A stretch of 64,000 nt of DNA from the NCBI GenBank assembly GCA_048885925.1, contig JBHLLG010000001.1, positions 163,105 through 227,104 of the forward strand. Reading direction: 5' to 3'. Position numbers and translations under genes: made by a program. Position 1 is the first letter of the stretch. Every line of letters begins with the position of its first letter. This document shows positions 1 to 10,500 of the stretch, piece by piece. The DNA comes from Candidatus Hermodarchaeota archaeon. GTDB lineage: Archaea > Asgardarchaeota > Lokiarchaeia > Sigyniarchaeales > SOKP01. The notes beneath the pieces were generated by a model. That model was not told the DNA's origin, made no database searches, and saw only the letters and a program-made list of their open reading frames with translations.

Positions 1-2
1 AA

Positions 3-3000
3 GTAAAGGTCTTAGAATGCATGGCAGGACAATTTAAAGTCAAATCGGACAAAGGAATATCTCCTGAATATAGTAGAAAGCAATTACTTGACTCTTTTGA
101 AAAATACATGGAATTAAGTGAAATCTATAATAAAGAAAATGATAATAAGAATTTATTAAGGATTTTAAGCCAAACTTCACTTACTTTAGCGTTGTTGTTA
201 CAATGCTGTTATGATCCTATTGATTTTGAGGATTTATTCCAAAAAGGTGATGATATAGTCGAAAGAGGTTTGAATCTATCATATGAACTTGGATATAAAC
301 AATATATAGGAAATTTCTTTTTTGTAGGAAATTTCATCATTGGTATTAAAACTTGGGTAACTTTTTCCAGAATAGATAAACTTTTCTGGAGAAATAGTGA
401 ACATGAAAAATTACTAAATAAATTCCTTGATAGAAGTAATGAAGGGTTAAAGTTCATTGAAGAAAGTGATGATAAGTTCAATAAAGCTTTATTTTATCAT
501 TTTATAGGTTCTATAAATTGCCAATTTGCAGCTAGGTTTATTCATGATGAGAAAGAACAAAAGGACCTTGCTGATAAAGGTATAAAATATTGCGAAGAAG
601 CTTTAGACCTTATGAGAGAACTTAACTTTAAGCCATTTCTTATACATTATATATTTTGGTTAGATTATTTTCTTGGTATTTTAGGAAGGTACCAATATCT
701 TCAAAAAAGAATATTAGGAGACATCACTGAAATTCAAGAAAAGGGTAAAGCTTATCAAAATATATTTTCATTTTGGGGTTTTCTGACTAATTTTTTATCA
801 GCAGTATCTTATCAATTTTTTACTCAAAGAAGTTATTTGAAAACAGATTTAAGAAGAACTTATGCAAAGAAAGGAATTAAAGAAATAGAGGATGGATTAA
901 AAAAACTAAATTTCGGACCATTTTTTTCATTATCATATCAGATTTTAACTAATCTATATTCCCAATTAGTTCATCTAACTCCTAAAAGAGAGAAACGTGA
1001 GAGTTTCATCGATAGTATGTTTAAAAGTGCATCTGAAGCTGAAAAAGCTGGTAAAATGTATAAAGCAGGAATGTCTAGAGCTGCTGGTTATATTTCATTA
1101 TACCGTGCTCATAAGACTTTATCTGATGTTTTAACAAATAAGGAAGAGAAAATTAAGAATTTATCAATTGCAATAGATGCAATTACGAATAATATTGAAT
1201 TTTCAGTTGAATCATATAGAGATTTCATTGCTGATAGGATGCATCTTGGATTATTGTATGAGGACTTAGCAATACTAACTAAACAAAAAGAACCCTTGTT
1301 TCAAGCAAGAGAACTATTTCTTCATTTAATAAAGGACACTAACCAGAAGGGTTATTATTACCACACTGCTGCTGCTTATGAATATTTAGCGCGTATTGAA
1401 GATAGATTAGGAAATCACCTAACATCCGCTCAACAATATGAAATGGCAAGTAATGCTCATCTAAAATCATTAGAAAAAGTTCAATTTAAACCATTAAAGG
1501 ATCGAATTAAGGAAAAGAGTGAGTATGATAAAGCGTGGAAATTAATTGAAAATGCTAAGGTTAATCACAAAAAAGAGGACCATTTAAAAGCAAAAGAAGA
1601 ATATGATATGGCTTGCGAAATCCTAAAGACTTTGTCGAAATATAGATATGAGGCTTCTTATTATTCATCTTGGGCATATTTAGAAGTTTCAGAAGATGCA
1701 AGCAAGAAAGAAGAACACCAAGTGGCAATTGATAAATATCAGGATACAAAAAACTGTTTTGAAAAATCAATAAATATATTAGAAGATACTTTAACACAGT
1801 CTTCTAACAAAATTGAGATAGAAAGAATAACTAAACTCAAAAAAGTAGCGAATGTTAGGATTAATTATTGTTTAGCCCGTATCAATCTTGAAAAGGCTAG
1901 AATTCTTCAAAAACAAAGCGATCATCTATCTGCTGCTGAGAATTTTGCTTTAGCGGCTTCTCAATTTAGAGATATTTGTACTATATTCAAAATTGAAAGG
2001 GAAAGAAAAGAATTAGAAGCAATTTATCATTTATGTAGAGCATGGGAAGGAATGGAACTTGCTGAAAATTATCAGGAACCTGAAAGATTTATAGAAGCCT
2101 CAAAACTATTTCTAAAAGCCAGCAATTTATTCATTGATAGTAAATTAAAGTTGTTAGCCTCTGGTAATTCGTCAGTTTGTTTAGCTTTAGAAAATGGCTG
2201 TAAGTTTGATGAATCGACTGATATGGGAAAAAAAGCAGATTATTATAAGAAAGTAAAAATGATGTTAAGAAAAGCATCTAGTTCATATGAAAAAGGTGGA
2301 TTTATCGTAGGGGCTGATTGGGCTTTAGGAACCACAATATACTTCGATGGTCTTTGGCACTTAATAAAAGCAGATGAAGAATTAGAACTTAATATTAGAA
2401 AAAAACAGTTAGAAGTGGGTTCTAAATATTTAAAATCAGCTGCGGAGATATTTGGAAAATCTGGATATAAAGAAAGACAAGAAGAAATTTATGAGAAATT
2501 AAATAGAATAGAAAGAGAAGAATTGATTTTGTATTCTGCTTTGAATACGATTAGCAACCCTGTAATCTCAAGAAGTACTGTTGGAATAGTTGCTCCTGCG
2601 TGTCCAATAGAATCAAGTTTATCACCAAAAATAAGTGAAATCAATCAATTAACCTTAGAAGCTACTGAGTTATCAGAAACCCAAGAAAAAGTAAAGAAAT
2701 ACAGTTTAAAATATAAAGACTTGTTAACTCAATATCCTAAAATACAAAGAAATGAATGCAGAATTGGAGTTGCTCAAATTGGATTATCTGAATCAGGAAA
2801 CATTTTAAAAGAATTCTTTAAAATAAAGAAGTTTGGATTATTAGGAATTAAGGAGGATATAATTAATTCACTCAGATCAACTTATAAAGAAATGATTGAA
2901 AGAGCCAATTCTGATAGAATTAATATTCTCGTTTTTCCAGAAATGATGATAGATCTAAATTATACTGAAATTATTGAGGATTTAATGAATTATTCAAAAG

Positions 3001-3569
3001 TTTACAATATGTATATTATTCCAGGATCTTATCACGATGAAAAATCTAAGAAAAATATTAGTGTAGTTATTGGTCCAGAAGGATTTCTTTGGGAACAAGA
3101 AAAACATATCCCTGCAACAATTCATATTGAAGGTAATAAAGTTAAAGAAGCAATTGATACAAGTTCTTATCCTAGAAATACAACTATATGTAATACTGAG
3201 TTTGGTAGAATTGCAATAGTTATCTGTCGGGACTTTCTTGATATGGATTTAAGAGTGGAATTGAAGAATTTTGAACCACCAGTGGATATTGTTATTAATC
3301 CTGCATTTACACCAGTTACAGCAGATTTCAAAGCAGCTCATTTTGATGCACGTAGATCCATCTATGCTTACTGTTTCTTTGCTAATGTTGCTGAATTTGG
3401 TGATTCGCTAATCTATACTCCCGAAAAAGACCGCACTGAAAGAAACATCCCAGCGAAGGAAGAAGGCTTAATATATAAAGATATTAATCTTTTCAAATTA
3501 CGTTCAGAGCGTAAAAAATGGGAAAAAGAGCAAAAGAAAGAATTGCAATTCATACAAAGTACCAGATAA
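3..3569 (+). CDS. Giant TPR/helical-repeat protein with C-terminal nitrilase (carbon-nitrogen hydrolase) domain; 5'-truncated by the window edge
   Basis: Nitrilase motifs RIGVAQ, VFPE (Glu), QEKH (Lys), VICRD (Cys) and FFAN. The frame is open upstream of ATG 21 (VKVLECM aligns with ILECE of paralogue 3), so the true start lies before the window. Confidence 0.8.
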   Translation, partial: VKVLECMAGQFKVKSDKGISPEYSRKQLLDSFEKYMELSEIYNKENDNKNLLRILSQTSLTLALLLQCCYDPIDFEDLFQKGDDIVERGLNLSYELGYKQYIGNFFFVGNFIIGIKTWVTFSRIDKLFWRNSEHEKLLNKFLDRSNEGLKFIEESDDKFNKALFYHFIGSINCQFAARFIHDEKEQKDLADKGIKYCEEALDLMRELNFKPFLIHYIFWLDYFLGILGRYQYLQKRILGDITEIQEKGKAYQNIFSFWGFLTNFLSAVSYQFFTQRSYLKTDLRRTYAKKGIKEIEDGLKKLNFGPFFSLSYQILTNLYSQLVHLTPKREKRESFIDSMFKSASEAEKAGKMYKAGMSRAAGYISLYRAHKTLSDVLTNKEEKIKNLSIAIDAITNNIEFSVESYRDFIADRMHLGLLYEDLAILTKQKEPLFQARELFLHLIKDTNQKGYYYHTAAAYEYLARIEDRLGNHLTSAQQYEMASNAHLKSLEKVQFKPLKDRIKEKSEYDKAWKLIENAKVNHKKEDHLKAKEEYDMACEILKTLSKYRYEASYYSSWAYLEVSEDASKKEEHQVAIDKYQDTKNCFEKSINILEDTLTQSSNKIEIERITKLKKVANVRINYCLARINLEKARILQKQSDHLSAAENFALAASQFRDICTIFKIERERKELEAIYHLCRAWEGMELAENYQEPERFIEASKLFLKASNLFIDSKLKLLASGNSSVCLALENGCKFDESTDMGKKADYYKKVKMMLRKASSSYEKGGFIVGADWALGTTIYFDGLWHLIKADEELELNIRKKQLEVGSKYLKSAAEIFGKSGYKERQEEIYEKLNRIEREELILYSALNTISNPVISRSTVGIVAPACPIESSLSPKISEINQLTLEATELSETQEKVKKYSLKYKDLLTQYPKIQRNECRIGVAQIGLSESGNILKEFFKIKKFGLLGIKEDIINSLRSTYKEMIERANSDRINILVFPEMMIDLNYTEIIEDLMNYSKVYNMYIIPGSYHDEKSKKNISVVIGPEGFLWEQEKHIPATIHIEGNKVKEAIDTSSYPRNTTICNTEFGRIAIVICRDFLDMDLRVELKNFEPPVDIVINPAFTPVTADFKAAHFDARRSIYAYCFFANVAEFGDSLIYTPEKDRTERNIPAKEEGLIYKDINLFKLRSERKKWEKEQKKELQFIQSTR

Positions 3570-3655
3570 GGTATTTTTTCAAGATAAATTTTAATAACAC
3601 AAAAAAATAATTAATGAATTAGTGAAATCAATAGCATTTCAAAAAAATCTTTAGC

Positions 3656-6600
3656 ATGATTGTCAAGAGTAACCAAGAAGAATCTTTAATTAAAGAAGCG
3701 AAAATTGAAGAAAAGAATTATAATTGGGAAAAGGCAGCAGCTTTGTATGAACAAGTGGCTAAAATATATTTAGATAGAGAAAAATTAAAAGATGCCGCAA
3801 ATATTTATATTAAACTAGGGGATATATGCATGCGAGCTATCTATGCATCAGAAATTAAAGAAGACTATTTAAATTGGAGTAAACAATCTTTTAAAGCATT
3901 TCAAAAGGCGGAGAGTCTTTTTATCCAGATTAATGATAAACTTCTGAGTGATGAATGTAAAGCTAGAGCACTTTCAGTAACAGGCTTTGTTATTACTTCA
4001 GTTGAAGAGGCGAGAAAAAATATAAAAAAATCAGTTGATATTCTTTTAGAACTTATTGAAAAATATTCAAAAGTAAATGATACTAAAAATTGGATAAGAT
4101 TGATAACCCTGATCATTGGGTCAATCAATTTATATGTATTTATAACTTCGGATCCTTCTGAATTGGAGTATTATAGCCATTTGGCTCGTACTTTAATAGA
4201 AAAGGCTTGGACTCGTCTAAAAGAAATTGATACAATCGAAATTAGAAGTAGCCTATTGTTTGGTGAGAATATATTAATGCTTAATATTAATAGATGGACG
4301 GAACTTACTTATGGAGATAAAAATCAAGAAAAAGTTAACAAAAAATTTTTAAAGAGATGTGAAGAAACACTAAATTTAGTGCAAGCTAGTGATGATGAGA
4401 TTAATCATAGCTATCTTGGAGAAATTTATGGTATAACGGGTTTCGTATATTGTATATTTGGGAGTTTACTTGTTGAAGAGAAAAAGGAACGAGTAAAGTT
4501 AGCTGAAAAAGGATTTGAGTTATTGGAAAAATCTGTTGCTTTTTTTAAAAATTCAAGAAATATTCTTGGAGCTATATCATATACATATAGTACAGATTAT
4601 CATGCTGGTCTTTTTGGTAGATTTGAATACCTACAGAAGAGAATTCTAAATGATATGCGAGAAGTACAGAAATTAGATAAAATCTTCGATAATTTATATG
4701 CTGGGCTTTATAGTTTTATGGATTTCATACCTATTGATTATTATAACCAATTTGCTAGCAGAAGTTTTTTAAGGGCGGATACAAGGAAGTCTTATGCTAA
4801 ATTAGGAATTAAATATGCTAATAAATCATTGCAAAGACTTGCGTTTGGTCCTTATATTATATTTATTTATCAGTATTTAACTCATTTTTATTCACAACTA
4901 ACTCTTCTTGCTTTAGAAGATGAACCTCAGCAGGACTATATTCAAAAAATGTTGTATTATGCTAATAAGGCTGAAAATCTCTCAAAAGGATATAAAGGAG
5001 GAAATGTAAGATCAGCTGGTTTTACTTCGCTTTACAGAGCATATAAGACTCTTGCTGATATTTCTAAAGATAAGGATGAAAAAGTTAAAAATTTAGAACT
5101 TGCAGTAGAAGCTGCTAAAAAAAATATTAAGTATTCCATTGAATCTTATAGAATTTTTTTAGCAATTCAAATACGTTTGGCTTTAATTTATGAGGAATTA
5201 GGCATCCTAACTACCGAAGAAAAACCCCTAATACAAGCAAGAGATTTATTTCTACGTATAGTTATTGATTCTTCAGAAAAAGGTTATTATTATTATACAG
5301 CTGCTTGTTATGAATATATTGCTCGTTTAGAAGATCGCTTAGGAAATCACATAGTCTCTGCTGAATATTATCAAAAAGCACAGGAAGCACATGAAGACTC
5401 ATTAACTTCAATTAAATATAAGCCATTGAAAGAAAGAACTAATGAAAAGATAAAGTATACCAAAGCTTGGAATTTTATTGAAAAGGCCAAAGCATATCAT
5501 AAAAGGGAAAATCATATAAAGGCTAAAGAAAATTATGAAGAAGCAGCTGAGATCTTAAAAACCTTACCCAATTTTAATTATGAAGCAGCTTATTATGGCG
5601 CTTGGATAATTTTAGAAGAAGCTGAGAATCTTAGTAAACAGGAAAAATATGAAGATGCTATAAAGAACTATAAAAAAACAAAAGATCTTTTTGATAATGC
5701 CATTTTTACAATTAGATTTATAAGGAAAAATGTTAGAAGGTCAAAAGAATTAAAAAAACTTGAGAAAGTAGCGAAAGTAAGGATGAATCATTGTTCTGCT
5801 AGAATAAATCTTGATGAGGCAAGGATTTTAGGGAAAAAGGGGGAACATATTGCTGCTGCCGAAAAATTTGGTAATGCTGCGACTCAATTTAGAGACATTT
5901 GTATATTGTATAAAATTAAAAGAGAACGAGCAGAAATAGAAGCAATATATCATCTCTGTAAAGCTTGGGAAAGTATGGAATTAGCTGAAAATTATGAGGA
6001 TCCAGAAAAGTTTACAGAAGCAGCAAATTTATTTTCAAATGCTAGCGATTATTTTACACAAAGTAAATTAAAGTTCCTAGCTGAAGGAAATTCTAATTTT
6101 TGTTTAGCTCTTGAAGAAGGATGCAAATTTGATCAATCTCATGATATAGAAGTTAAAACAAGCTTGTATCCAAAAATTAAGTCAATTCTCAGAAATGCAG
6201 CAAATTTATATGAAAAGGGCGGTTTTAAAAATGGGGCGGATTGGGCACTTGCGACATCAACTTATTTTGACGCAGCATGGTATTTGATTCAAGCCGACAA
6301 TGAATTAAATGTAAATAAAAAACGGGAATTTTTAAATTATGGATCAAATTATTTAAAGTCATCAGCAGAACTATTTCATAAAGCGGGATATAAAGATAAG
6401 GAAAAAGAAGTATTAGAAAGATTAGATAGAGTAATTAAGGAAGAAAAAATACTCTTCTCTGCCTTAAGCACAATTTATAAACCTTCTGTTTCAAGAAGTA
6501 TAGAAGGCATTATTACACCTTCATGTCCGATAGAAACAAGCCAATCACCACGGATTGGTGAAATTCAACAATATTCTGAAGAAGTAAGTACTTTTTTAGA

Positions 6601-7492
6601 AAGAGATAGTAAAACAAATAAATACGAAATAGAATATAGGGATTTGTTAAAAAATTATTCAAAGTCACCAAGGAATCAGTGTAGAGTTGGTATTGCTCAG
6701 ATTGGTATTTCCAATTCTGGTGATATAATGAATGAGTTTTATGAGGAAAAACCTAAAGGTCTTTTAACGCTCAAAGAAGAAAAAGTTAGTGATATTGAGT
6801 CAAAAGTGAAGCAAATGATTGATAAAGCAAATGAAGAAAGTGTTAACATTTTACTATTTCCAGAAATGGCAGTAGATCTCAAATATAAGCAATTTCTAGA
6901 AGATATTTTAAATCTCGCTAAAAAATATGGAATGTATATTATTCCTGGATCATATCACAATATTGAAACAAAAAGTAATATTAGCTTAGTTTTTGGCCCT
7001 GAAGGAATACTCTGGCAACAAGAAAAGTATATTCCTGCCATCATAAGCCTAGGGAGCGGCAGATTTAAAGAGGGAATAGAAAAATCTGTTTTACCTCATA
7101 AAACAATAGTATGTAATACAGAATATGGGAGAATAGCTATTGCAATTTGCCGGGATTTTCTTGACATGGATTTAAGGGTAGAATTAAAGAATTTTGAACC
7201 ACCGATTGATATTATATTAAATCCGGCTTTTACACCAGTTACAGCTGATTTTAAAGCGGTTCATTTTGATGCGCGTAGATCTATTTATGCTTATACTTTT
7301 TTTGCTAATATTGCTGATTATGGCAACTCCCTTATTTATACACCAGAAAAGGAGCGTGTTGAGAGAAATGTTCCTTCAAAACAGGAAGATTTAATCTATA
7401 AAGATGTAGATCTTTTTAGGCTTCGGTCAGAACGTAAAAAATGGGAAGAAAAACAGAAAAAAGAAAAATCTTTTATTCAAAGTACAAGATAA
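3656..7492 (+). CDS. Giant TPR/helical-repeat protein with C-terminal nitrilase domain (paralogue 2)
   Basis: 1278 aa. TPR-like repeats (EKAAALYEQVA, YEYIARLEDRLGNH). Nitrilase triad LFPE / QEKY / AICRD. C-terminus nearly identical to paralogue 1. Confidence 0.82.
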   Translation: MIVKSNQEESLIKEAKIEEKNYNWEKAAALYEQVAKIYLDREKLKDAANIYIKLGDICMRAIYASEIKEDYLNWSKQSFKAFQKAESLFIQINDKLLSDECKARALSVTGFVITSVEEARKNIKKSVDILLELIEKYSKVNDTKNWIRLITLIIGSINLYVFITSDPSELEYYSHLARTLIEKAWTRLKEIDTIEIRSSLLFGENILMLNINRWTELTYGDKNQEKVNKKFLKRCEETLNLVQASDDEINHSYLGEIYGITGFVYCIFGSLLVEEKKERVKLAEKGFELLEKSVAFFKNSRNILGAISYTYSTDYHAGLFGRFEYLQKRILNDMREVQKLDKIFDNLYAGLYSFMDFIPIDYYNQFASRSFLRADTRKSYAKLGIKYANKSLQRLAFGPYIIFIYQYLTHFYSQLTLLALEDEPQQDYIQKMLYYANKAENLSKGYKGGNVRSAGFTSLYRAYKTLADISKDKDEKVKNLELAVEAAKKNIKYSIESYRIFLAIQIRLALIYEELGILTTEEKPLIQARDLFLRIVIDSSEKGYYYYTAACYEYIARLEDRLGNHIVSAEYYQKAQEAHEDSLTSIKYKPLKERTNEKIKYTKAWNFIEKAKAYHKRENHIKAKENYEEAAEILKTLPNFNYEAAYYGAWIILEEAENLSKQEKYEDAIKNYKKTKDLFDNAIFTIRFIRKNVRRSKELKKLEKVAKVRMNHCSARINLDEARILGKKGEHIAAAEKFGNAATQFRDICILYKIKRERAEIEAIYHLCKAWESMELAENYEDPEKFTEAANLFSNASDYFTQSKLKFLAEGNSNFCLALEEGCKFDQSHDIEVKTSLYPKIKSILRNAANLYEKGGFKNGADWALATSTYFDAAWYLIQADNELNVNKKREFLNYGSNYLKSSAELFHKAGYKDKEKEVLERLDRVIKEEKILFSALSTIYKPSVSRSIEGIITPSCPIETSQSPRIGEIQQYSEEVSTFLERDSKTNKYEIEYRDLLKNYSKSPRNQCRVGIAQIGISNSGDIMNEFYEEKPKGLLTLKEEKVSDIESKVKQMIDKANEESVNILLFPEMAVDLKYKQFLEDILNLAKKYGMYIIPGSYHNIETKSNISLVFGPEGILWQQEKYIPAIISLGSGRFKEGIEKSVLPHKTIVCNTEYGRIAIAICRDFLDMDLRVELKNFEPPIDIILNPAFTPVTADFKAVHFDARRSIYAYTFFANIADYGNSLIYTPEKERVERNVPSKQEDLIYKDVDLFRLRSERKKWEEKQKKEKSFIQSTR

Positions 7493-7599
7493 ATTTAAAA
7501 AAAATAAATTATAAAAATAATTCATTTAATAGTAGAGGAATAGATTAGTAAACTTAGGTAAAAAATATTCATATAGAACTCATTCTGAAATGGTAAAAA

Positions 7600-10500
7600 A
7601 TGAAAGGAGAGAGAGAGGAGACTTTATTAGAAATCGCTCGAAATGAAGAGAAAAATTATAATTTAGAAAAAGCTGCTAAATTATATGAAGAAGCAGCAGA
7701 GAGCTTTTTAAATAGGAATTTGATGGAGAAAGCTGCGAAGGCTTTCAGTCAACTTGGAGGGGTTTATTCAAAGGCTCTAGAAACAGCAATATCATCAGAA
7801 ACTTTTTTTAGTACCTGTAAAAATGGTATTAAAGCGTTTGAAATGGCAAAAAAACTTTATAAAAGAATTGAATCGAAACCTAACATCTTGGAATGTGAAG
7901 CAAATACATTCTACATTAATGGATTGATTTCAGGCTCAATAGCAGAGGTAAAAGAAAATTTTAACAAATCATACGAGATATTTTTAGAATCTAGTAAGTT
8001 TTTTGAAGAGGAGGGAAACAAAGAAGCTACGGCAAGAACTTTAAGTAATGTATTAGAGATATTACTTTTCAACGTATTCAATTGTGAACATTCATTAGAG
8101 GGTAAAGAAATCCTCGAGAAATCTTCTAAATTAGAAGAAAAATCTTGGAATTTTTCAAAGGAAATTAAGGCTATTGAATATCTTGGTCTGGGATTTCATC
8201 TTGGAACAACCACTAATCTCTGGCGAATTCTTAGTACAAATTTTCAAAGGGATGATCGACTCTACAAATATATCAAAAATATTTTCTTGAAATTTGAGGA
8301 GCTTTCAGAGCTAGCTAGGAATTGGGATGACCCTAGAGTCCTTGGGATGGTATATTACGCAGGTGGAAATGCGTATTGTGCATATGCTACTCATTATGCT
8401 AAAGATGAAAAAGAACAGGGAGTTTATATTGATAAAGGTATAGACTTACTTGAACAATCATTAATTTTCAATGATCGCGCAAAGAACTCATTAATGAAAA
8501 TAGTCACGATTTTTTTTATAAATTGGTGGGCATATTTCAATCGGAGGCTTAAATATGTCCAGAAAAGAATTTTTAAAGATGTTAATGAAATCTTAAAATT
8601 AGGAAAAGCATATGAGGACTCTCCTACATTTATATATTTCTTAGCGAATTTACTGCCTGCTTTTTATTATGCAAATATTTCTCAAATGACAATGTTTACC
8701 ACACGCCAACGAATATCTTATGCTAAAAAGGGGGTTGAATACGCTAAAAAAGCGTTAAAATTTTTCGAAGTCCTGCCTATCTCTATTTGGTCACTTTTAA
8801 TGCTAATTTATTCATATTCACAACTAATTGTTCTCACATCATCAAGAGAAGAACAAGAAGAATATTCTAAGGAGATATTAAATTGTGCTAAAAAAGCAAA
8901 AATCATCGGTGAAAAGTTTGAAGGAGGATTGGCTCGAGGATTTAGTTATAATTCCCTTTACAGAGCTTATAAAACTCTTGCTGATGTTACCGACGACAAG
9001 GAAAGCAAACTCAAAATGTTATTAACAGCCGCAAAAGCTTCTAAAGATTACATGATGCATACTTGGGAATCAACGACCGGAAATCTCACAATGCAATTGC
9101 GGTTAGGTCTACTTTATGAAGAGATTAGTATTATTGCGAATAATTCTGAATACTTGGAGCAATCAAAAGAATTGTTTATCCAAGTTGTTGAGGAAAGCAT
9201 CAAGCAAGGTTATTTTTATTATGCAGCTGCAGCGAATGAATATATTGCCCGAATAGAGGATCGATTAGGTAACCACTCAGCTTCAGCAGATTATTACGAA
9301 AAAACATTTGAAACTCATAAAGATTCATTAAAGTATGTAATGTACAAACCACTTATATTAAGAATTAATGAAAAAATCAATTATGCCTATGCTTGGAGTC
9401 TTATTGAAAGAAGTAAAACGTTTCATAAAAGAGAAAATCACCTTCAAGCTAAAAAATTTTACGAAAAGGCTTACGACATTCTCAACAATTTATCAAGATA
9501 CAAATACGAGGCTGATTATTATTCTGCATGGATATTGCTAGAGGAAGCAGAACACTTTAGTAAGCAAGAGATGCATGAAATAGCAACAGAAAAATATGAG
9601 CTGACAATAAAAGCCTTTGAAAATGCTACGGAATCTTTAAATAAAGCTTTAAAGGAATCAAAAAATAAGAGAAAAAATGAACGAATTGGTAAACTTATAA
9701 AATTAGCTGAAGTAAGAATAAAGCATTGTTTGGCTAGAATCAATGTTGAAAAAGCGAGAATATTAAGTAAACAAGGTGAATATAATGCTGCTGCGGAACA
9801 TTTTGCCTTAGCAGCAGCAGAGTTCAGGGAGGTATGCAACAGTTTTACAGTCGAAAAAGAACGGGAGGAATTAGAGGCGGGTTATTATCTGTGCAGAGCG
9901 TGGGAAAGTATGGAATTTGCAGAATATTATAAAGATTCAAACAGGTTCGCAGAAGCATCAGCCTTATTCATAAAAGCTAAAAATCTTTTCTCTTCAAATA
10001 TAATGAAATCATTAGCATCTGGAAATTCTGCTTTTTGTCAGGCATTAGAAATTGGTTGTAAGTTTGATGAGCTAACTGCAGCAAAAAATAAAGCTGAGTT
10101 ATATCCTAAAATCAAAGTTATGCTTAGAAATGCAGCTTCTTCATATAGAAAAGGTGGATTTGAAAATGGAGCTGATTGGGCTCTAGCAACCTCCTCTTAT
10201 TTTGATGCAGCATGGTACTTAATCAGAGCTGATGAAGAATTAAGACTTGAAGAGAAAAAGAAACTTCTTGATATTGGATCTGAATTTCTTTCATCAGCTT
10301 CAAATTTATTTGGAAAAGCAGGTTATAAAGAGAAGGAACAAGAGGTTTTTAAACAGCTGGAAATGGTTAAAAAAGAAGAAAGTATAATAATTTCAGCTTT
10401 AAATGCGATAAAAAAACCATCCGTTTCTGGAAGTACTATTGGAATTACCGCTCCAGCCTGTCCTTTAGAAACAAGTTTATCAACGAATTTAAGTGAAATT

